From: Macrostomum lignano
Taxonomy: Eukaryota
NCBI GenBank assembly: GCA_002269645.1
Contig: NIVC01001700.1
Span: 262,394-326,393, forward strand
DNA length: 64,000 nucleotides
Reading direction: 5' to 3'
How positions within the stretch are numbered: position 1 is the stretch's first letter; the number at the start of each line of letters is the position of its first letter. Both the position numbers and the translations under genes were made by a program. The notes beneath the pieces are model-generated. The model had not been told where the DNA came from. It saw only the letters and a list, made by a program, of their open reading frames with translations, and made no database searches. Shown in pieces: positions 40,031 through 50,657 of this stretch.

Positions 40031-40944
40031 TCTGCGTCCTTTCCTGACCCCAATTTGCAGTAAAAGGAAATCAATCAAAGAGCAGGTAAAAACAAGTATT
40101 TCAACACACGAATTCGGGGAGCGAGTTATGAAAATTGTAATAATTTTTCTCTTTATTTCTGAGCCCAGAGCTCCAACCAACTCCGGATAACAGGTGAAAC
40201 AGTTCCAGGTCCCAAGTTTTTCAGTTTAGACAGGCAACCAGCTATAAAAGTAATTGGCGGAGAAAAATACGCAAAAAACAACAGAAAACACTCGACGTCA
40301 AAAAGGTGAAAAAATTATGCAAATCTCAGTCAATAAAGCTATTTTTATCTGGAACTCCTAGGCTCGATACTATTTGATAGAAGAAACAGTTTTTTTGCAA
40401 ACTAGACAACAGTAAAAGTTATATAATAGATTCGCTAACAAAGTACATTATCAGGTCACTCAACAACTGCAGTGTACAGGGACACAAAAATAGAATGAAG
40501 CGGAGTCTCAGGTTGGAAAAAAGGGTAAAAATTTCCACAGAAACGTTTAAAACAGTAAATGATGTACATTGAAACATTTAGCAAGCCAATGTAGTGATTA
40601 ATTAGTTCAGTTGGTCGTCGCTTACGCAAAATGGGACAACGCTGGCAAGGGCTTGCGATCTTGCAGAGAGAAGTTACAGCTTCATTGTGCTGCTACACCC
40701 GACCATAGCAACGAGATCAGCCTGATGGACTGATCGTGTTTATCATCTGTGTTGCAGACCTTTGATAACCTTGAATATGTTGAGACATTGAGATTTCTGC
40801 TTTCAAATAATGCGGAGCTGCTGCACTCTCCGTTCGACACGACACAACGACGATGCCACACAGAAAACCTACCGACACGTTTAAACAAAATTTACTGCTC
40901 GCATCTCCTCCTGAAAAGTGCTCAAACAAAAAAGAGTTTCGACT

Positions 40945-42174
40945 TCAGTCGATGACTGTCTCGGTCACGCGCGTCTCCATCATGGCTGTGGTCTCGCCCA
41001 GGGCGCAGCTGCTGGCGCCGAAGGTGGCGCCGCCGCCTCCACCGCCGGGCAGCAGCGGCAGCGGCTCGTAGCTGTTGGTCGGCCGTCCCGAGCCGCCGCC
41101 GGCATCGGCATCAGCAATTTCGCCTCCGTCAGCGCCGTTTCCACCGCCGGTGCCTCCGCCGTCTCCGCATCCGCCCAGACAGCCGGCCGGCAGGTGCTGG
41201 GCCAAGATGGCGCGCATGGAGGCGCGGAACGGTTCGTTGAGAAAGGCGTACAGGATGGGATTTCCGGCGCTGTTGACGTAGGCAAGCAGGGTGGTGAGGT
41301 GGCTGGCCACGGGCACCCAGCTCGGCGTCATGTCTTCGAGCTCCAGAGCGATGTTGACGTAGATCCAGTGTGGCAAGCAGCAGGCCAGGTAGAATGTGAC
41401 CACGGCCACAACCAGGATGGTGACCTTCTCGAAGCGCTGCTGCGCCTGGGGCCCGGCGCTGCGAGCTCGCTTCATCAGCCAGAGCTTGCGCAGGATCAGA
41501 AAGTAGAAGGTGCACAGCAGCAGCCCGGGCAGCACGCAGCCGGTGACGAAGATGTACCTGCTGAAATAGTACGGATCGGTGAACAGCTTCTTCAACAGGC
41601 CCTCTGAATGATTGACGGAGCCAGGCGGCAGGTGCTGGCAGCTGCGGCTGATCCAAACTCGGTCCTCCAGAGTCCCATTGTTCTCATGGTCCGCAGTTGC
41701 GTTTTCACCCGACGCTGGGATGATCCAAGTCTGGACGTAGGCGTTGAGGTAGATGGGGCTGACGATCAGAGCGCTCAGCAGCCACATGCAGACTACAAGG
41801 ATGACGGCGAATTTCTTGGTGCGGTAGCGGGCCGAGCTGAACGGCGATACGACGGCCTTGAATCTGTCGAAGCTCATCGCCATGATGATGTAGATGCTCA
41901 CGTTGGAGTTGGCGAAGTGCATCAGGAAATACAACTTGCAGCCGATGGTGCCCCAAACCCAGGATTTGATGATGGACAGATGGATGAAGGGCGGAATGGA
42001 TAGAAGATGCAGAGAGTCGGCAATGGCCAGGTTGATCAGGTAAATATTCGTGACGGTGTGGGCCGCCTTCAGCGAGCAGATCACGACCAGTACCAGCAGG
42101 TTGCCGGCGAAGCCGAGGACAAACAGCGCGCCAAGCACGGTGTCGTACACCGCCAGAGCAGCTGGTAGCAGCAT
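40945..42174 (-). CDS. Intronless rhodopsin-class neuropeptide GPCR, somatostatin/allatostatin-C/opioid receptor-like, 409 aa
   Basis: Single ORF with 7 hydrophobic segments: GNLLV, TNIYLINLAIAD, CK in TM3, DRF, CCLP, NSAGNPILYAFL. In-frame stop 11 codons upstream of the ATG. Confidence 0.92.
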   Translation of the reverse strand: MLLPAALAVYDTVLGALFVLGFAGNLLVLVVICSLKAAHTVTNIYLINLAIADSLHLLSIPPFIHLSIIKSWVWGTIGCKLYFLMHFANSNVSIYIIMAMSFDRFKAVVSPFSSARYRTKKFAVILVVCMWLLSALIVSPIYLNAYVQTWIIPASGENATADHENNGTLEDRVWISRSCQHLPPGSVNHSEGLLKKLFTDPYYFSRYIFVTGCVLPGLLLCTFYFLILRKLWLMKRARSAGPQAQQRFEKVTILVVAVVTFYLACCLPHWIYVNIALELEDMTPSWVPVASHLTTLLAYVNSAGNPILYAFLNEPFRASMRAILAQHLPAGCLGGCGDGGGTGGGNGADGGEIADADAGGGSGRPTNSYEPLPLLPGGGGGGATFGASSCALGETTAMMETRVTETVID

Positions 42175-42974
42175 GGCCCCGGATGCAGCCGGATTGAGAG
42201 AGTATCAGCCAGCACAGAGACCCGTCAGAATGCGCTTGGCCCCTACCTTGTGAGTCACGTGCGCGCACTTCAGCTTATAAGCGAGTTGTCCAAGTCTATA
42301 ATTGGCCCAGACAGACCTTGGCCCAAGGGAAGCGAGGCTATTGGGGGGGGGGGGGGCAGGCTTGATCCGCTTACGAACCAACTGCAATCAGAGTGCCTTT
42401 TTAACTAGCAAACTCGCAGGTAAATATTGCCTGTATCTGCAGAGGCAAATATATCGAGCGATGGCGTCTCATATGTCTCGCATCTATATTTATCTGCACC
42501 AGCTGCATCTCATTGCAATGCGGATGGGCTATTCTATTATCCATGGTATCGTGCTCAATCACGTGACTGCTTGCGACCCCGTCTCGGCTGGCTCGGCCTC
42601 AACTATGTCGCTATATGCGTATATAATTGCAGCGATTATGAATGGCAGACTGCTGCTGTCTATTGTCTGTCTCACTTAATCGATTTTCCGTTAGCCTATT
42701 CTTAACCGCCTACAAAAATAACTGAACAGCAATTTAATCAACTATTGAACGATACTTTACTTTTGGCTTCTAATAAAAGGTGGAAAGTTGCCGAAACCTT
42801 TAAAATTCCTTTCTGATTTCTTCAAGTCTGCTTCTAATATTGAAGGCAGTTCTTCTTAATTACTTATCAATTTAATAGGAAAAAATTGTTGAAAAAATGG
42901 TCCAGTAGTCATATATGCGTATTGATAAAAAATTGGTTCTCCAGTGTTGATCAAAATTCAATCATAGTTCGCAT

Positions 42975-45900
42975 TTAAGCGTCCATGTTGTGATAGTCAA
43001 CGCCAAGCTGTCTGTGACCCTCGGCCAGAATGTCGTGAATGAGCTGGCACTCTGAGTGCGGCAGCACTGGACTTTCGATCAGGCCTGCGCGGTTGAATGA
43101 GACTTTTATAATTTTTCATCATAACTCAGTTACTCGTACCATTTGTCTTTACTGTACATAAGTCAAACTGTACATTTTACAAAAACTGAAACAGGCGAGA
43201 AGGAAAAGAGGGTAAGACAGGAGGGGAGATGGAGGAGAGGGTGAGACAGGAGGGGAGAGGGAGGAGAGGGTGAGACAGGAGGGGAGAGGGAGGAGAGGGT
43301 GAGACAGGAGGGGAGAAGTAAGGGAGGGTGAGATAGGAAGGGAGAAGTAAGAGAGGGTGAGATAGGAAGGGAGAGGGAAGAGAGGTTAAGACAGGAGGGG
43401 AGAGGGAGGAAAGGGTGAGACAGGAGGGCAGAGGGAGGAGAGGGTGAGACAGGAGGGAAGAGGGAGGAGAGGGTGAGACAGGAGGGGAGAGGGAGGAAAG
43501 GGTGAGACAGGAGGGCAGAGGGAGGAGAGGGTGAGACAGGAGGGAAGAGGGAGGAGAGGGTGAGACAGGAGGGGAGAGGGAGGAGAGGGTGAGACATCTA
43601 GGAGGGGAGAAGTAAGAGAGGGTGAGATAGGGAGAGGAAGGAGAGGGTAAGACAGGAGGGGAGAGGGAGGAGAGCGTGAGACAGGAGGGCAGAGGGAGGA
43701 GAGGGTGAGACAGGCGGGGATAGGGAGGAGAGGGTAAGACAGGAGGGGAGATGGAGGAGAGGGTGAGACAGGAGGGGAGAGGGAGGAGAGGGTAAGACAG
43801 GAGGGGAGAAGGAGGAGAGGGTAAGACAGGAAGGGAGAAGGAGGAGAGGGTGAGACAGGAGGGGAGAGGGAGGAGAAGATAAAGGGGAGGACGAGATGCA
43901 AGAGATAATTGAAAACCAATTATAAAATATAAAATGCGAATTTCCATTTTGAAAAAAGAGAATCAAACCAGAAAAGCAGAAATCAGAGACAGGCCTTTGA
44001 GACGCTCAGATCGCTCTAAACGTAATGAAGGTGTTAATCCGGCACAGACAGAAACCTTACCTGTAATCCGCGTGTCAGCTCAGGGTTGAGCAAAGACAAG
44101 TCAAAGGCTGCTGGACAAAGGCGCGGCTCAAAGGGAGGGGTGGGGCAAGGCCCGAGGGCTGAACTTGAGTCACTTGGTTAACTGGAGCCCAGCTAGTTTT
44201 TTTAATAAGCCCCGGTGTGAGAGAATGACAAGGCTAATCAAGGAAAGCTAGCGGCTCGTGCTACTAATTATCTATGCTGTATTGTTAATATTTTTCAACA
44301 ACCAGCCCTGTCATTTGCATTCAATGGCTTTGCGAAGGAAAAGCATTTGGAAACAATTAACAAGGAGAAACAGATGAAATTGAAAATTTCATAAAGCCTT
44401 AATTTTAGCGTTAAGACCTCTATATGCTACTAGTCTCAGTAGACGAATTAGAAAACGGCTAAAAAATCTGCTGGTACACAGAAATTCTGCTGCATTGCAA
44501 ACCTTTGTCCAGGCACTCCTTGACGTGGTTGGCCTCGTACAGCAGGCCGCCGCTCTCGTCGAAGTTGAACTTCTCGCCTGGGCGAGCCGGCGGCGACGGC
44601 GTGTGGATCAGCTCCCCGTTCAGGGTCAGCTTGGTGGCGCACCAGAAAAGATCCCCCAGCTGCAAGGAGGGTGGGTGCAACAATACGCTCGTAACAACAA
44701 CAATAAAATACGCAGCCCCAGCCGCATGTAACTAACTAACTAAATAAGTAATACGGCGCCTCAGCCATTGAGCAGGCTCTTACGCCACTAGAGAAATATT
44801 TGAGTTCCAGATAGGGAGTGTACTTATGTACACTAAAAGCCAAGTTAGACTATAGAGGACTGTACAGGGCAGAATCATAAAAACCAAACCTCCCCGGGGG
44901 ACAGTGACAGCGGTTCGACGAACCAGTCAGGAGCCCGTGCCCAAAACCAGGTTAGATACACCCCTTAGCCTATTAGGGATGGCCCGAAGGCCTAGAGCCG
45001 TGGCAACCATGCTGGGGCCGACCGCCCACCACCCCCGGGTACAATTCATAAACCTCCCCGGGGCCAGAGGGGGTTGAGTGAACCAATCAGGGAAGCCCGT
45101 GCCTTCTCCAGGGTTAGATAAGCCAAAAAACCGGTCAATTGACCGCCCCCACGGCCGTGGCAACCCGAAGGAGCCTCCCCCCCAACTAAACCCCGGGTAC
45201 TCTTGCCAGACAGTCTTCTTTGAAGCGGCAGGAGGGCTATTCGCCGGGACTATTTCACCCTTTGCTTCGCCAACCCGCCATTTCTATAGTGACCGTGCCA
45301 ACGGTCTCGTCCTGCTCAGACTCAGTCCTGGTTCTGGCACACTCCAGCTTTAATAGGGTCGCTGGCTGTACGCTCAGAGGGCGCCTGAGGGATACCGTCA
45401 GAGCACCTTGGTACAGGTATAGGCCTGCCTTCCTATACAGCTACCCACAGCCCTTCCCGATCCACTATTACCCTCCAACCCAGCCTACTCACTCATTACA
45501 AGCTTTCAGCCAGGCAGAGACAAAACCATGTAAGATCTTAATTCTCTAAGTTGGACTTCGAATGGAATGAAGAATACGGGAATCTGTCTTCTGATATTTC
45601 CGGAACGGAAACTACTAACAGTAGTGTAAAAGAAAATTGCATTACGCGCAGAACTATACCCTTACTACATATTTTATAAGCTTTAGCTGTCTTAGTGTTA
45701 TCCTACTTAACCCTATGCAACATATGCTATACAATGCTACTTTAGAAAACGATAAAAATTAAATTAGGCTTGTATATGCAGTCTTGAGTCATGACTATGA
45801 AACTAGCCAAGCTTGCATCATCTAAAAAATGATCATTTTAAGTGCAGCTGATCCAGAGATATGAGTATGAAAAGTTTAGCTGCAATGCGAACAAGCGGGC

Positions 45901-48019
45901 CCTCAAATTTTGCGTCCTATAATACAACGGAAATTTCTAGTAGTAATCTTGGAGCGCTGCGCACTCTCACTAAACTACTGTTAGAGTAGTATAGGCCACA
46001 TTGACTGACTTCGAGTTAAAGGTGTAAATAATATGGATAATTCTCACGTTAGCGCTGCCCTTGTCGCCAAGCACAGTCGCCGTAGCGGACGGGCCGGCAT
46101 CGGAGCTGTACGTCAGAGAGGCCAGGCGGTTGTTGGAGTATCTGCGTGCGAATTCAAAATTAGATCATTTAATTAAATTGCTGATTAACTATAGTTTCGA
46201 TGATTGTTTAACGAAGCCAGGTGAAAATGGGTCATTTTCGAAGCGCTGAAATTGCCTTAGAGCCATTAATTACAGCAACCGAATGAAACTTGGCCTACTT
46301 TAGAATGATTCCGCCACTCCGGTCTACTCCAGTTTCATTAACGTGGCCGGCCACCGTCACGGACAGCGGCTTCTCCCCGCCGTACACCCAGCTGGCCAGG
46401 TGCACCAGGTACACGCCGAAGTCGCACAGGGCTCCGCCACCATGTCGTTTGTCGTTGAGGCGAGCAAAATTCGACAACGGCATGCAGAAGTTGGCCTGCA
46501 CGAGTCGCACGGTGCCCAACTCGCCGTTCGTCACGGCCTGACGCAGACGCGAGTAGGCGGGAAAGAAGCGGCTCCACAGAGCCACCATGAGGAAGCGGCC
46601 GGTGGACTTGGCCAGCGCCAGCAGCTCGGCTGTCTGCTCTGGCAGCAGAGTCAGCGGCTTCTCGCACAGCACGTGCTTGCCGGACTGGAGGAAGTGGCGC
46701 GCATGCTGATAGTGCAAATTGGTCAGGCTGCCGACGTACACCACGTCTGCGGAATTCGGGCGACAGTAAAATGGATTGGTACTACGTGTGCTATAACATC
46801 GATTAAGCCCGTTTAAACATCATTTAGACCGTAGGTTTGATGCTATGTCAGCCTCTTCAACGCTTTCTCATTGCACTTTGTGATTCATTAATTAATCCAA
46901 CCCGTCACGGCAACGCAGTTTGGTTTAAATTTTCTTTTGTTTGCAGCAACCGATTCTGATCATCTCTGTTTCGTTTTAAAGCTGAATTAATTCTCCACGA
47001 CTCAATTGATTTCATACATGTAGCTCATGCAATACAAGAGTTTTATTCTAAAAAAATTAAAAACAGATAGATTCATAACGTGTCCATTTCTGCAACGAGA
47101 TTAAGCTACCGTTCTCCCACGTAAACAGGTACGGGAAAGAAAGGTAAAGGTTTTGCATATCTCTGTCAAGTTTATAGCTCACGACGTTTGCAAACGTATT
47201 TTCTACGAAGACTTTAGCTGCAGATAAAGTGCTGAGACAGTATTGGAAAGGTCAAGCAGAGGCCGTGGTCAGTTGTTCAACAACAAATTACTGATAAGCA
47301 CCGATTGCAGTTGACTGTTTTGAGGCCCGCAGGCAGAACAAGAGCACAATTACGAGCAGCTAGAAGCACCAGTCCTTAATTGAGTCGCCTCACCGATAAA
47401 AAGTTAACCAAAATTTGTTCATGAATTACCTTCAAACAACCCAAGAGAATTTCTTCATAGATCTGCGTGCAAAATCTACATGTAGATCAGTGTTGAAGCA
47501 AGATATCTTTCCAAGCAATATGCAAATCAGGGGTTGGCAAACATTTTATCTTAAGAGCCAGATCGAGAACCTAGCGTGTGACTGGCGGGCCAGAGGAGGG
47601 GAGAGAGAGAAGAGAGAAGGAAGAGAAAAGGCAGGGGAGAGAAGGGAGAGGAGATTAGAGAGAAAAGAGTTGAGAAGAGACAGGAACCTTGAGCGGGCCA
47701 GATTGCAATTGTGAAGTTTCAAAGGACCCGAGGGCCGAATAGAGAGGCTTGGCGGGTCGCAGTTTGCCGACCCCTGATGTAAACGATGCAAAATATGACA
47801 CAATATGAATGACGCACCGACTTCTTTGCAGGAGCCGAGAGCTTCGCACGAGTCCAGCACGATTTTGATGCCGAATCGGGCAGCGAATTCTTTCGCCTTA
47901 TCCGGATTCCGAGCTCCAATGGCGACAATGGTGTGATTCTCCGGACTCAGGCTCAGTGCGTTGGCAAAATCCTGCGAGATCATGCCATTGGCGCAGATGC
48001 CCCAGCGCAGAGGTGCCAT
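42975..48019 (-). CDS. DHDH: Trans-1,2-dihydrobenzene-1,2-diol / D-xylose dehydrogenase (Gfo/Idh/MocA family), paralog A, 336 aa
   Basis: Exons: 47818-48019, 46299-46746, 46048-46141, 44503-44659, 42975-43084 (1011 nt), all GT-AG. Motifs: LRWGIC, KHVLCEKPL, FLMVALWSRFFP, GGGALCDFGVY, GLLYEANHVKECL, GLIESP. Confidence 0.92.
43190..43885. repeat. 29-mer purine-rich array (GGGTGAGACAGGAGGGGAGAGGGAGGAGA)
   Basis: DHDH-A intron 4. Confidence 0.95.
44886..45200. other. Diverged tandem dimer (~155-nt units) with conserved blocks and variable hairpins
   Basis: Units 44886-45042 and 45050-45200 share six sequence blocks. Confidence 0.7.
47528..47776. mobile_element. hAT (Charlie-like) MITE
   Basis: TIRs CAGGGGTTGGCAAAC / GTTTGCCGACCCCTG match at 14 of 15 positions. 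Degenerate 8-bp TSD atgcaaat / atgtaaac. Confidence 0.8.
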
Positions 48020-49204
48020 GCTGAATTGCGGTCGAAAAGAAATTAGAATGGATCCCACTTATATTAAAATTATTCACTACAAATAGTTTGACAGTTACAT
48101 GTACACATCTAATAATTAAGTATGATTAAGCCGGTATGCTTTGAATAGTACAGTGCAATTCTATATCATACAAAATGCGTTAAATAAAACAGACGATACC
48201 TTTCTTAGCTATTTGACTGGTATGAAAGAAAAAGCTGGAAATTAACTTTTAAAGTATCCGTGAGTATTGACATACACACGCTTTGAATAAAAATTTAGAT
48301 AGCTTATGCTGAATGAAATTCAATTTCTATCATTAATATAATACCACTTTTTCCATTTTACACGGCTTTAGTTTAAATTTTTAGTACATAGGATATAAAA
48401 ATCAATATTAAAGAGTGTAAGTACGCCATAAGTTTAGGACAGATAAAATCTTAGAAAGATGTGAATATATTTGTTATTAGTGAGCCAAAATACATATCTT
48501 ACCTTTGTGTCGACCGGTGTTATTAATTTAGTAAGTAGAAATTTTCAAGTTATTTAACGAATTGTCCAATTGGCTTTATAAATTGGAAAATTAAAGTATT
48601 ATGAAGCGGATGAAGACCAGGCAGCCCACGATCATTTATATTAAAATAAAAATACAATGTCGTTCACAAGACTATTTTTATCCATCCAGAGCACTATAAA
48701 CAAATATTTTTTAAGAAATTTTAAATACAACTGCTTATTTTATGCATAAAATAAAAAAGATGAATTTTCCGTTTTGTTTTTCTCTTCCTCCGGGTTTTTG
48801 CTTAGCGTCACTAAATAACTTCTACTACTTGCCTTTCATAACTATTATAACGCTCGTACGTCTTCCATCTTAATTCATGGCCACTGCCGTTATTCCAAAT
48901 AAACTGCTATATGTCTATTATACAGCTAATACCCTTTCATACTTTATTTATGACCATTATTTATTTCATACTTTATGTATAACAGTATACCGAACTCCTC
49001 TTACCAAGTCACAATGAGGCTCAACAGAAGACAATGGAGAGCAATGATTTCGCATGACTTCAAAAGTGCTATTCGTGGACAGCTTCGAAGAGTCACATCA
49101 CAAGCTCGAAAAATCACATTGTCGAAAAGTTTGCAACCACCATCACAAGCTTGAAAAGGGTTAGGGTTAGAGCTTGTGCCTTTTGAGCTTGTGATGGTGG
49201 TTGC

Positions 49205-49480
49205 TAAAATTTTCGACAATGTGACCCCTCGAGGTTGTGATAGTGCCCTGTTTCGACGATGTGACTTTTCGAGGTTGTGATAGTGCCCTGTTTCGACGAT
49301 GTGACTTTTCGAGGTTGTGATAGTGCCCTGTTTCGACGATGTGACTTTTCGAGCTTGTGATAGTGCCCTGTTTCGACGATGTGACTTTTCGAGGTTGTGA
49401 TAGTGCCCTGTTTCGACGATGTGACTTTTCGAGCTTGTGATAGTGCCCTGTTTCGACGATGTGATTTTTCGAGCTTATGA
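49205..49480. repeat. 40-mer array (TGTGACTTTTCGAGGTTGTGATAGTGCCCTGTTTCGACGA)
   Basis: About 6-7 copies, with degenerate inverted relatives at 49010-49200. Confidence 0.93.
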
Positions 49481-49492
49481 TGGCGACCCGCC

Positions 49493-49761
49493 GAATTCCA
49501 ACGCGGGAGGAAGTCTCCTGGAACATAAGGTGCGCTCCAGTCGACCCACGCCCGCAACCATTGAGAATTTTGCTACCGTTTGAGCTATGATTGAGGATGA
49601 TGCCGGAGTTATACCGGTTGTACAGATAGAGTCTGCGCTAGGCATTATATCAGAAGGAATCCGAACGATTCTGCAGTCGAAGCTTTATCTGAGCAAGATT
49701 TCGGCTCACTGGGTACCCTATCAGCTGACCGAGGAGCAAAAACAGGCTGGGGTGACGTAGT
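49493..49761 (+). mobile_element. Degenerate mariner transposase fragment
   Basis: Translation EFQRGRKS/LEHKVRSSRP...ENF..V*..IE.D...I..ALGI...IRTILQSKL.LSKISAHWVPYQLTEEQK contains the mariner WVPHEL-type linker, with a stop and a frameshift. Confidence 0.8.
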
Positions 49762-50657
49762 GGATTCGATGCCAATCGATGGTGATCGCTCCAACTCGAT
49801 CTGGGAAGTGGTCAGTAGCCGGAGTACTCGTACTGGGTCTACAGTTCCGACCCATTTAGCCACGGTGCCACTTGTGCAGCAGCGCAGTTGCTGGGGAGTA
49901 GTGCGTGGTATACAAACTATTGCATTTCTACCACGAATGCTGAGCGCTCTCTTTCCTTGAGCTTCGTCCTAGAACTCGGAACTCGTGGCGTCCTCCATCA
50001 CGAGTCTCAAGACGATTCCCCGGTTCACAAGTTCAGACTTTGAGGCTCGTCCACGCCATTCAGCAGACTATGGTCACATGGTGAGTGAGTGAGGCGCAGC
50101 CGCCACAAGAAATACTTTCAAAATTTTGATCGTGAGCACGAAATCGTGTTATGTCCAGAACGAAAACGATTACAACCCTAAACAACATTGCATTCAGGAC
50201 GACACGAAGAAGCAGTGGCTATTAAATACGGTCGTCACCTCAAAGAAAAAAGATGATAAACGCCACAGGCAAAGACCATTAGAATAAAAGGCCATAAATA
50301 AAGACCAAGGAAACTTGAAAAAGCACACACTAGGACCAAGTAATGCAGACGAAGGAATAATCGTTGTCAACTGAACTTTTAATCAGACGCTGCACTGAAA
50401 CACGAAAATAGACAATAGAGATAAAACTGAACAGTATATTTTTTTATAATGAAAAAGTTTCATCTATATGTCTAACTGAATCGTAGCTATTGTTAAAAAG
50501 TTGATGATTATTAGGGACTAACTTAGGTATAAAACTAACATTTACTTAATCGAAACGCAATCAAAGGCCACAGGTTTTATTTAATTACTGGATTTAATCA
50601 AGGCAAAGTTTCGCACAAAATTAGTGAATTGAAGATTGTAACATTTAAAACAGTGAT

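Noticed and set aside
40918-42268. Overlapping antisense and alternative-frame ORFs over the GPCR
   Set aside because: Expected shadows of a GC-rich coding sequence; the same applies to shadow ORFs over the DHDH and receptor exons.
45108-45120. CTAACCCT on the minus strand as a telomerase RNA template
   Set aside because: It is only an 8-nt match, the sister unit has CTAACCT, and no U/A-rich triple-helix pseudoknot or H/ACA box is evident.
44886-45520. Hammerhead, HDV, twister or pistol ribozyme assignment
   Set aside because: No CTGANGA..GAAA core and no consistent P1/P3/L3 or twister/pistol pairing was found by eye. It is kept only as an unclassified structured candidate.
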